This document shows positions 1 through 8,600 of a DNA stretch of 24,000 bases, one piece after another. The position numbers were made by a program, and so were the translations under genes. The stretch's first letter is position 1; each line of letters begins with the position of its first letter. The DNA comes from an uncultured Clostridia bacterium (GTDB lineage Bacteria > Bacillota > Clostridia > Tissierellales > Dethiosulfatibacteraceae): positions 6,472 through 30,471 of the forward strand of contig CAYMUD010000004.1 of assembly GCA_964393495.1 (NCBI GenBank), given 5' to 3'. A model generated the notes under the pieces. The model was not told the DNA's origin. It did no database searches and saw nothing but the letters and a program-made list of their open reading frames with translations.

Positions 1-230
1 AAAAAATGGTGGAAGGAAGAATAAATAAATTCTATAAAGAAATTTGTTTAATGGAACAACCTTTTATCAAAGATCCGGATACAACTATTAAACAACTATT
101 AAAAGAAAAAATAGCAACAATAGGCGAAAACATAGTAATTAGAAGGTTTACGAGATATGAAGTAGGCGAAGGAATACAAAAGAAAGAAGAAAATTTTGCA
201 GAAGAAGTTGCTAAACAAATGGATATGTAA
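1..230 (+). CDS. tsf: Elongation factor Ts, C-terminal fragment (5' end lies upstream of the window)
   Basis: The open frame runs from the window edge to TAA at 228-230. The translation ([30 protein letters not shown]...[25 protein letters not shown]) matches the conserved EF-Ts C-terminus. Position immediately upstream of pyrH-frr is the canonical synteny. Confidence 0.88.
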   Translation, partial: KMVEGRINKFYKEICLMEQPFIKDPDTTIKQLLKEKIATIGENIVIRRFTRYEVGEGIQKKEENFAEEVAKQMDM

Positions 231-238
231 TATTATTA

Positions 239-266
239 TAATGGAGAACTTATAAGTTCTCCATTA
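239..266. repeat. Perfect 28-nt palindrome (TAATGGAGAACTTA|TAAGTTCTCCATTA) in the tsf-pyrH spacer; either an RNA hairpin or a dimer operator
   Basis: The reverse complement, checked base by base, is identical to the forward sequence. It overlaps a TATAAT hexamer at 237-242 and is followed by AAAATTAT rather than a U-tract. The pyrH SD AGGAGG lies at 281-286. Confidence 0.6.
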
Positions 267-290
267 AAATTATGCGGCAAAGGAGGCTTT

Positions 291-1010
291 ATGGATTCTA
301 AGTATAAGAGAATAGTTCTTAAGATTAGTGGTGAAGCCCTATCTGGAGATAATTCTGGTGGGATAGATGAAAAGACCCTTTTAGAAATATCTAAAGAAAT
401 AAAAAAAGCTAACGATATGGGAATAGAAATTTCCATAGTCGTAGGCGGCGGAAATATTTGGAGAGGTGCCAGTGCGAAATTAAATGATAGAGCAACCTCA
501 GACTATATGGGAATGTTAGCTACTGTTATAAATGGTATGGCTTTACAAGATGCTTTAGAAACTTTAGGTGTACCTACGAGAGTACAAACAGCAATAGAAA
601 TGAGACAAGTGGCAGAACCTTACATTAGAAGAAGAGCAATACGTCATATGGAAAAAGGTAGAGTTGTTATTTTTTCCGGTGGTTCTGGAAATCCTTATTT
701 TTCAACTGACACAACTGCTGCTTTAAGAGCAGCAGAGATGAACGCTGAAGTATTATTTTTAGCAAAAAAAGGTGTTGAAGGCGTATATGACGATGACCCT
801 AATATTAATCCATCTGCTAGGATGTATCGCAACTTAAAGTATATTGATATATTAAATCAAGAGTTAAAGGTTATGGATTCAACCGCTACATCTTTATGCA
901 TGGACAACGACATACCGATTATTGTATTTAGCATAGAAGAACCTGAAAATATTATTAAAATTATAAAGGGAGAAAAAATAGGTACGGTAATAAAAAGGGA
1001 GGAAGAGTAA
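291..1010 (+). CDS. pyrH: UMP kinase
   Basis: 239 aa with [12 protein letters not shown] and [10 protein letters not shown] motifs typical of bacterial UMP kinase. SD AGGAGG lies 5 nt upstream. tsf-pyrH-frr synteny. Confidence 0.97.
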   Translation: MDSKYKRIVLKISGEALSGDNSGGIDEKTLLEISKEIKKANDMGIEISIVVGGGNIWRGASAKLNDRATSDYMGMLATVINGMALQDALETLGVPTRVQTAIEMRQVAEPYIRRRAIRHMEKGRVVIFSGGSGNPYFSTDTTAALRAAEMNAEVLFLAKKGVEGVYDDDPNINPSARMYRNLKYIDILNQELKVMDSTATSLCMDNDIPIIVFSIEEPENIIKIIKGEKIGTVIKREEE

Positions 1011-1567
1011 TGTATTTAAAAGAACATAACAAATTAGAAACTAAGATGAAAAAAACTGTTGAATATTTAAAAGATGATCTTTCAACTGTTAGGGCTGGAA
1101 GGGCAAATCCAAAACTATTAGAAAAAATTATGGTCGATTACTACGGAACAAAAACTCCATTAAATCAAGTAGCTAATATATCTGCTCCAGAACCTAGAGT
1201 TTTAGTTGTAAAACCTTGGGATGTTAATATTCTCGAAGATATAGAAAAAGCCATTCAAGCATCTGATTTAGGAATTAATCCTGGTAATGATGGTAAAATA
1301 ATCAGATTAGTAATCCCACAACTAACTGAAGAAAGAAGAAAAGATCTTATAAAAACAATAAAAAAAGAAGTAGAAAAAGCGAAAGTAGCTCTCAGAAACG
1401 AAAGAAGAGATACTATAGATGTATTTAAAAAAATGGAAAAAAAGTCTGAGATGACTGAAGATGATTTAAGAGATGCAGAGGACAAAGTTCAGGACTTAAT
1501 AGAGAAATACTCTGGAAAAATAGATGAATTATACGATGAAAAGGAAAAAGAAATACTTGAAGTATAA
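1010..1567 (+). CDS. frr: Ribosome recycling factor
   Basis: 185 aa with the characteristic VRAGRANPKLLEKIMVDYYGTKTPLNQVANISAPEPRVLVVKPWD segment. The start overlaps the pyrH stop (TAATG), implying coupling. Confidence 0.97.
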   Translation: MYLKEHNKLETKMKKTVEYLKDDLSTVRAGRANPKLLEKIMVDYYGTKTPLNQVANISAPEPRVLVVKPWDVNILEDIEKAIQASDLGINPGNDGKIIRLVIPQLTEERRKDLIKTIKKEVEKAKVALRNERRDTIDVFKKMEKKSEMTEDDLRDAEDKVQDLIEKYSGKIDELYDEKEKEILEV

Positions 1568-1760
1568 TAATAAAAAATTAATTGGTGAAGATCTTTACGA
1601 GGTAATCAATAAATTAAATATTGATAACAATATAATTTTTTTCATAAAAAGAACAAAGGGTAGTAATGAAAAATTCAATCAAAATAAGACGATACCAATT
1701 GTAGTGAGAGTAAAAAAGATCTCTGAAAAATCAATTGAAATTGTAGTATCTTATTACTAA
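1524..1760 (+). CDS. Hypothetical small protein (78 aa); coding status uncertain
   Basis: This is the only ORF in the 194-nt frr-to-terminator spacer. It overlaps the frr 3' end by 44 nt in another frame. Neither in-frame ATG (1524, 1536) has a Shine-Dalgarno. I recognise no family. The C-terminal half (TIPIVVRVKKISEKSIEIVVSYY) looks strand-like rather than pure low complexity. Confidence 0.3.
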   Translation: MNYTMKRKKKYLKYNNKKLIGEDLYEVINKLNIDNNIIFFIKRTKGSNEKFNQNKTIPIVVRVKKISEKSIEIVVSYY

Positions 1761-1765
1761 AGACA

Positions 1766-1793
1766 ACCCCTTTATAAAAGGGGTATTTTCTTT
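1766..1793 (+). terminator. Intrinsic terminator or attenuator directly upstream of the uppS RBS
   Basis: The stem is ACCCCTTT / AAAGGGGT with an ATA loop (1766-1784), followed by ATTTTCTTT. The uppS SD AAGAGGTGA starts at 1794. Confidence 0.7.
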
Positions 1794-1806
1794 AAGAGGT
1801 GATTTT

Positions 1807-2532
1807 GTGGTTTATAGTAAAGATTTAAATATAGAGAATCTTCCTAATCATGTTGCTGTTATAATGGACGGTAATAGAAGATGGTCTTTAGAGAATAATA
1901 AAAATAAATTTTTAGGCCATAGAGAAGGTATGAAGAAACTAGAAGAACTAATAGAAACTTCAGGAATTTTAGGAATAAAATATCTCACAATATATGCATT
2001 TTCAACTGAAAATTGGAATAGAGAAAAAGAAGAAGTTTCTTACTTAATGAATTTACTAGTTGAATTTGCAAAATTAAAGAGTAAAGTATTAGAAAATAAA
2101 GGTGTTAAGGTTAATATTTTTGGAGCTACTGATGAGTTACCTGATAAAACTAGGGAAGCTGTTTTAAAGTTACGCGAAAAAACAAGAAACAATAATAAGC
2201 TTTATCTGAACATTGCTCTTAACTATGGTAGTCGAAATGAGATAGTAAAGGCAGTAAAAAAAATTATTGATAAATGTGAATCAGATAAAGAATTTTATAA
2301 TAAAATTGACGAAGAAAAATTAAAAGAATTTTTATATTCTAGGGATATTCCAGATCCTGATTTCTTAATAAGAACCAGTGGAGAACAGAGGTTGAGTAAT
2401 TTTTTATTATACCAGTTAGCATATACTGAGTTATACTTTACTGAAACTCTGTGGCCAGATTTTGGTAAAGATGAATATATAAAAGCATTAAAAGAATTTC
2501 AAAAACGTAAAAGAAGATTTGGTGCATCTTAA
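1807..2532 (+). CDS. uppS: Undecaprenyl (isoprenyl) diphosphate synthase
   Basis: 241 aa with a GTG start and SD AAGAGGTGA. Motifs MDGNRRW and RTSGEQRLSNFLLYQ are diagnostic of cis-prenyltransferases. Confidence 0.95.
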   Translation: MVYSKDLNIENLPNHVAVIMDGNRRWSLENNKNKFLGHREGMKKLEELIETSGILGIKYLTIYAFSTENWNREKEEVSYLMNLLVEFAKLKSKVLENKGVKVNIFGATDELPDKTREAVLKLREKTRNNNKLYLNIALNYGSRNEIVKAVKKIIDKCESDKEFYNKIDEEKLKEFLYSRDIPDPDFLIRTSGEQRLSNFLLYQLAYTELYFTETLWPDFGKDEYIKALKEFQKRKRRFGAS

Positions 2533-2546
2533 AGGTAGGTAATTAC

Positions 2547-3311
2547 ATGAAAAAAAGACTAGCAACGGGTATTATAGGAGGATTAATACTAGGAATATCA
2601 ACATATCTTGGTGGTATGTTTTATTTTGCTGTATATTTCTTTATTACAACCTTTTGTATAATAGAACTTAGCAGAGCATTTAAACAGGATATATTAAAAA
2701 CAGGTTACTTTTTAAATTATATTTTGAATATAATTCTATTTATTTATGCTATTAATGATTCAAATTCTTTTGTTCTTTTTACATTAATATTGTACATGGT
2801 GGGTAATTTGTTTTTTTATACATTCTTAGATGTCAAACTGGAAAATATTGTGATTAACTTACTAGGTGGATTTTATCTAGGGTTCTTTCTGTACCATTTA
2901 TATTTACTGAATGATATGGTATTTGTGTGGTATATATATATAATAGCTTTCGGAAATGACACATTTGCTTATTTTACTGGAAAATTATTTGGAAAACATA
3001 AATTATCGCCGATTCTTAGTCCTAAGAAAACTATAGAAGGAGCTATCGGAGGTATAACTGGAAGTATAGTTATATCAATAATATTTAATAGCTTTATAGG
3101 AAAACATAATATTATATGGATAATTTTATTCGTAATTATAGCTTCAGTTTTTTCTATAAGTGGAGATTTAGTTGCATCGAAAATTAAAAGAGAAAACAAT
3201 ATAAAAGACTACAGTAATTTTTTGCCAGGTCATGGTGGATTTTTAGATAGATTTGATAGCGTAATACTTGTTTCACCTATAGTTTACTATTTTTCTATCT
3301 TAATTAGTTAG
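2547..3311 (+). CDS. cdsA: Phosphatidate cytidylyltransferase (CDP-diglyceride synthase)
   Basis: 254 aa polytopic membrane protein. The C-terminal signature SKIKRENNIKDYSNFLPGHGGFLDRFDS is present. uppS-cdsA synteny. Confidence 0.92.
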   Translation: MKKRLATGIIGGLILGISTYLGGMFYFAVYFFITTFCIIELSRAFKQDILKTGYFLNYILNIILFIYAINDSNSFVLFTLILYMVGNLFFYTFLDVKLENIVINLLGGFYLGFFLYHLYLLNDMVFVWYIYIIAFGNDTFAYFTGKLFGKHKLSPILSPKKTIEGAIGGITGSIVISIIFNSFIGKHNIIWIILFVIIASVFSISGDLVASKIKRENNIKDYSNFLPGHGGFLDRFDSVILVSPIVYYFSILIS

Positions 3312-3323
3312 GAGAGGATTAAA

Positions 3324-4562
3324 TTGACAACATTTATATCATCAATAATTATATTTTCATTAGTAATAATAATTCATGAGCTAGGACACTTCTGGGCTGC
3401 TAAAAGTGTGGGAATAAAAGTTCATGAATTTTCTATCGGTATGGGTCCGGAAATCAAAAGTATACAAGGAGAAGAAACAAAATATTCCATAAAGCTTTTT
3501 CCTATTGGAGGCTACGTTAAAATGGAAGGGGAAGATGATGATTCTTTTTCAGAAGATAGCTTTAATTCTAAATCAGTCTTAAGTAGGCTAAAAGTAATAT
3601 TTATGGGTCCCCTGATGAATTTTATATTAGCTTTAATAATTTTTGTAATAGTAATTGGTGTTTATGGGATTTCTGGAAACACAATAGCAGAAGTTGAAAG
3701 TTCTTTAAATGAATATAAAACTGGATTAAGACCAGGAGATAAAATAGTAAAGATTAATGATGAAAAGGTTAAATATTGGGAGGAAATTCAAGAAGAAATT
3801 TCTTCCAGCAGTGAAAACTATCAAATAACTGTTGAGAGAAATAAAGAATTACATAAATATGAAGTGGATCACAATTATAGATATATGATAGGGATATCTC
3901 CAGAGATTATCGAAGATGAATATACAAATACTGTAGGTTTCATAGATGAAACTATGCCTGCTTACAAAGGTGGCTTAAGAAGTGGAGATAAGATTATTTC
4001 AATAAATAAAGTAAAAACAAATAATTGGAATGAAACTAGAGAATTAATAAATAATTCATCAGGAAATAAAATAGAATTGGAGATAGAGAGAGATAAAGAA
4101 ATATTAAAATTAGAAATTTTACCTATAAAGCAAGTAACTATAGGATTCTATACAGAAACACAAAAGTCAATTTCTGATATACTATTAGGATCTGTATATA
4201 AAACTACCTACTATATTAACCTTATGTTTAATTTTATAATAATGCTTGTAAGTGGAAAAGTAGGTTCTGAAGCAATAGCTGGACCTGTAGGTATTGTTAA
4301 TATGATTGGTCAGGCAGCTAGCTTAGGATTTTATCCTTTACTTAATCTTGCAGCTTTTATTAGCATAAATTTAGGATTCGTTAATTTACTACCTATACCA
4401 GCATTGGATGGAAGTAGAATTTTGTTTTTATTAATTGAAAAAATAAGAGGAAAAAGAATTCCACCAGATAAAGAGGGATATATACATTTTGTAGGATTCG
4501 TTCTTCTTATGGCGTTGATGTTTTTTGTATTATACAATGATATTATAAGAATTTTAAGATAG
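3324..4562 (+). CDS. rseP: Site-2 (M50) zinc metalloprotease RseP/RasP family with two PDZ-like repeats
   Basis: 412 aa with a TTG start. It has HELGH zinc motif in TM1 and an NLLPIPALDG motif near the C-terminus. There are two internal GLR(P/S)GDKI..IN PDZ-like segments. Confidence 0.92.
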   Translation: MTTFISSIIIFSLVIIIHELGHFWAAKSVGIKVHEFSIGMGPEIKSIQGEETKYSIKLFPIGGYVKMEGEDDDSFSEDSFNSKSVLSRLKVIFMGPLMNFILALIIFVIVIGVYGISGNTIAEVESSLNEYKTGLRPGDKIVKINDEKVKYWEEIQEEISSSSENYQITVERNKELHKYEVDHNYRYMIGISPEIIEDEYTNTVGFIDETMPAYKGGLRSGDKIISINKVKTNNWNETRELINNSSGNKIELEIERDKEILKLEILPIKQVTIGFYTETQKSISDILLGSVYKTTYYINLMFNFIIMLVSGKVGSEAIAGPVGIVNMIGQAASLGFYPLLNLAAFISINLGFVNLLPIPALDGSRILFLLIEKIRGKRIPPDKEGYIHFVGFVLLMALMFFVLYNDIIRILR

Positions 4563-4570
4563 GTGTTACT

Positions 4571-5620
4571 ATGAAAAAAATAGTTAAATATGGTAGTATA
4601 AAAGTAGGTGGAAATAGCCTAATAACGGTACAATCAATGACAAATACGAAAACTTACAATGTAAAATCTACAGTTAATCAGATTTTAGAATTAGAAGATG
4701 TAGGTTGTGATATAATTAGAGTAGCTGTTCCAGATGAAAAGAGTGCAGTTGCTATTAGAGAAATTAAAAAAGAAATAAATATACCATTAATAGCAGATAT
4801 ACATTTTGATTATAAATTAGCGATAAGTTCAATTAAAAATGGGGCAGACGGTATAAGAATTAATCCTGGAAATATAGGTTCTTCAGATAAGGTAAAGAAA
4901 ATCGTATATTCTTGTAAAGAAAAAAATATACCTATACGTGTAGGTGTTAACTCTGGTTCAGTAAAAAAAGAATATATAGAAAAATATCAAGGAGTTAATG
5001 AAGATTCGCTAGTTAATAGTGCTATTAGTCAGATAAGAGAAATAGAAAAATTTGAATATGATAATATTGTAGTATCAATTAAATCCAGCGATGTTGTTGA
5101 AAATTATAAAAGCAATATGAAGTTATCTAAACTAATAGACTATCCTATTCATTTAGGTGTAACAGAAGCAGGCACATATGAAAATGGAATTATTAAATCT
5201 TCAATGGGCATTGGTGGTTTAATACTACAGGGTGTCGGTGATACTATTAGAGTTTCTTTGACGGCAGATCCTATAGAAGAGATAAAAATAGGTAGAAAAA
5301 TGCTCCAATATCTTAATTTGAGACCTTACGGGCCAAATATAATATCTTGTCCAACTTGCGGTAGAACTGAAATAGATATAGAATATTTATCTAAAGAAAT
5401 AGAAGGTAGAATATTAGAAGAACAAATTAAAACAGATATTACAATAGCTGTAATGGGTTGTATTGTAAATGGTCCAGGAGAAGCTAAAGAAGCAGATATT
5501 GGAATAGCAGGCGGAAAAGGGGAAGCAATTTTATTTAAAAAAGGTAAATTAATTAGAAAAATAGACGAAGAAAACATAATCGAAGAAATCATTAAAGAAA
5601 TAAAAAAAAGCTGCAAATAA
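4571..5620 (+). CDS. ispG: 4-hydroxy-3-methylbut-2-enyl diphosphate synthase (MEP pathway)
   Basis: 349 aa. The Fe-S cysteines sit in CPTCGR and GCIVNGPGE contexts. The N-terminal VQSMTNT TIM-barrel motif is present. Confidence 0.96.
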   Translation: MKKIVKYGSIKVGGNSLITVQSMTNTKTYNVKSTVNQILELEDVGCDIIRVAVPDEKSAVAIREIKKEINIPLIADIHFDYKLAISSIKNGADGIRINPGNIGSSDKVKKIVYSCKEKNIPIRVGVNSGSVKKEYIEKYQGVNEDSLVNSAISQIREIEKFEYDNIVVSIKSSDVVENYKSNMKLSKLIDYPIHLGVTEAGTYENGIIKSSMGIGGLILQGVGDTIRVSLTADPIEEIKIGRKMLQYLNLRPYGPNIISCPTCGRTEIDIEYLSKEIEGRILEEQIKTDITIAVMGCIVNGPGEAKEADIGIAGGKGEAILFKKGKLIRKIDEENIIEEIIKEIKKSCK

Positions 5621-5632
5621 ATGCAGCTTTTT
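5605..5632 (+). terminator. Terminator-like hairpin straddling the ispG stop and the polC start
   Basis: AAAAAGCTGCA (5605-5615) pairs with TGCAGCTTTTT (5622-5632). The 6-nt loop AATAAA contains the ispG TAA (5618-5620) and the first base of the polC ATG (5621). It has an A-tract upstream and T5 downstream. The stem core is short (6 bp). Confidence 0.35.
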
Positions 5633-8600
5633 AATGAGATTGAGGTGAGAAAAATAAATATATATTCTTATTTACAAGAAATAGGCATCGACAATAAAAT
5701 TAAATTTGAATCAGTAAAAATATCAGAAAAAAGCAAAAAGATTGTACTGGATATTCTTATAAGTGGTTATATTTCCCTAGAAAAACTAGATAATCTTATT
5801 TCTTATATTAAGGATAAATTTAAAGATTTTAAAGTTCTAATAGAAAATGTTAAATCTACCAATATAAATATAGAAAACAAACAAATTTTAAGTAACGTTG
5901 AATATTTGATAAATAGAAAATATAAAAATCATGTAAAGAGTTTTGATAAAAATAAAATGGTAATTAATGATCAAGCAGTTGAAATACATATAGTTTCCAA
6001 TATACTAAAAGAAAAAATGGAAAAAGATGAATTTAATTCATATATAAAAAAAATTCTTAAAAAATTTTACAATACAGAAAAAAACATTAGATTCATTGTT
6101 GATAAAGATGAAGAAAAAATAAATGATAAAATAGAAAATTATATAACTACAGTTAAAACAAATAGTAAACCTTCAAAGATAAAAACATCTAATTTAAATA
6201 GTCCTATAATAAAAGGAAAAAACATTAAAAAAGTACCAGTTAAAATAAATGAAATAAGAGAAATAGAAGGAGAAACTTATTGTACTGAGGGGAAAATTAT
6301 AAGCAGCAAAAGCAAGAAATTAAAAGATAAACTTTATTTGATAACTTTAAAAATAACAGATTTTAAAAGTTCAATAAATATTAAAGTTTTTCTAAGAAAA
6401 GAAGATGATTTAGAGAAATATAAAAATATTGAAAATTTATCTGCTAGAATTTCGGGAAAATTAAGTTTTGACAAATATTCTAAAGAGTATGTCCTTATGG
6501 CGGACAGTATAAATTTAATAGAACAAAAAGAAAGAGAAGACTTATATCCTGAAAAAAGAATTGAACTGCATGCTCATACCAAAATGAGCTCTATGGATGG
6601 CATGAATAATTTTTTTGAGATAGCTAATCAAGCTTATAAATGGGGTCATAAGGCAATAGCTTTAACAGACCACGGTGTAATACAAGGTTTTCCAGAGGCT
6701 ATGGAAGTAGCTAATAAAATACCGATAAAAGTCATATATGGATTAGAAGGATATTTAGTAAATGATGAATTAGATTTAATAAAAAATCCTACAAATAATA
6801 AATTAGATGAGGAAATAATAGTTTTCGATTTTGAAACTACGGGTTTAAACTCTAAAAAAGATAAAATAATTGAAATTGGAGCAGTGAAAATAAAAAACAA
6901 TGCTATTATAGATAAATTTAATCAACTTATAGACCCTGAAATAAAAGTACCAGAAAAAATACAAAGTTTAACAGGAATAACAACAGAAATGTTACAAGAT
7001 AAACCCTTAATAGATAAAGGAATGAAAGATTTCTTTCAATTTATAGGCAGTTGCAGCACATTATGTGCTCATAATGCAGATTTCGATTTTGGATTTTTAG
7101 AGAACAATTATAATCTAAAGAAAAACTACACTATAATAGATACATTAGAACTATCAAGAAGGATATTAAAAAATAAAAGAAGACATAATTTAAAAGCATT
7201 AACTAAACATTTTAAAATAGAATTAGAGAACCATCATAGAGCTGTAGATGATTCAGAGGCAACAGCTAAGGTTTTGATGGAATTTTTTGAAATATTAAAA
7301 AATAAAAATATAGAGAACTTAAATGGAATTAATGATTATTTTGCTGATAAATCAAATATTAAAAATGCAAAAACTTTTCATGTAATTATTCTTGTAAAGG
7401 ATTATATAGGATTGAAAAACTTATATAAATTAGTATCTTTATCCCATTTGAAATATTTTTACAAAAAACCTAGAATACCAAAATCAATCTTAAATAAATA
7501 TAGAGAAGGATTAATAATTGGTACCGCTTGTGAAGCTGGAGAACTTTATCAAGGAGTATTAAGGCATAAAAAAGATAAAGAAATAGAAGAAATAGCTAAG
7601 TTTTATGATTTTTTAGAAGTTCAACCATTGTCCAATAATGCATTTTTAATAGCTAATGGAGCAGTAGAGGATTTAGAGGAACTTGCAGAAATAAATAAAA
7701 AAATAATAAAAATAGGTGATAAATTAGATAAGATGGTTTGTGCTACAGGAGATGTACATTTTTTAAATCCATATGATGAAGTCTATAGACGAATATTGAT
7801 GTACGGACAGGGTTTTAGAGATGCTGATAATCAGGCTCCATTATATTTAAAAACAACAGACGAAATAATAAAAGATTTTAATTATTTGAGTAAGGAAAAG
7901 GCAGAAGAAATAATAATAAAAAACCCTAATAAAATATCAGATATGATAGAAAATATTAAACCTATTCCTGATGGTACTTTCCCACCAATTATTGAAGGGT
8001 CGGAAGAAACATTAAAAAAATTAACTTATAAAAATGCAGAGAGAATATATGGTGAAAATCTACCAGAAATAGTAGAAAAAAGAATATCTAAAGAACTGAA
8101 CTCCATTATAAGTAATGGTTATGCAGTGATGTATATCATAGCCCATAAACTTGTTAAAAAATCACTAGAAGATGGATATCTAGTTGGATCAAGAGGATCT
8201 GTAGGATCTTCTTTTGTCGCTACTTTATCGGATATTACAGATGTAAATCCTTTACCACCTCATTATATATGTCCAAAATGCAAATATTTTGAATTAATAG
8301 ATGGAGAAAATATTGGATCAGGAGTAGATTTAGAAGATAAAATATGTCCTAAATGTTCCACCAAATTGAATAAAGAAGGCCATAATATTCCTTTCGAAGT
8401 TTTTTTAGGATTTAAAGGTGATAAAGAACCAGATATAGATTTAAATTTTGCCGGTGAAGAACAGATGGTAGCAATGAAATATGCAGAAACTTTGTTTGGA
8501 GAAGGCTATGTATATCGAGCAGGAACAATAGGAACTATAGCTTCAAAAACAGCTTATGGATTTGTTAAAAACTATTTTGATGAAAAAGAAAAAAAAGTTA

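Noticed and set aside
1631-1636. TATAAT inside the frr-uppS spacer as a possible uppS promoter.
   Set aside because: There is no acceptable -35 at 16-18 nt and no extended -10 TG. Such hexamers occur by chance in DNA this AT-rich. It is kept only as context for the frr-uppS finding.
3675-4127. Internal duplication in RseP: GLRPGDKIVKINDEKV versus GLRSGDKIISINKVKT.
   Set aside because: Tandem PDZ domains are a known architecture of the RseP family (for example E. coli RseP), so this is not anomalous.
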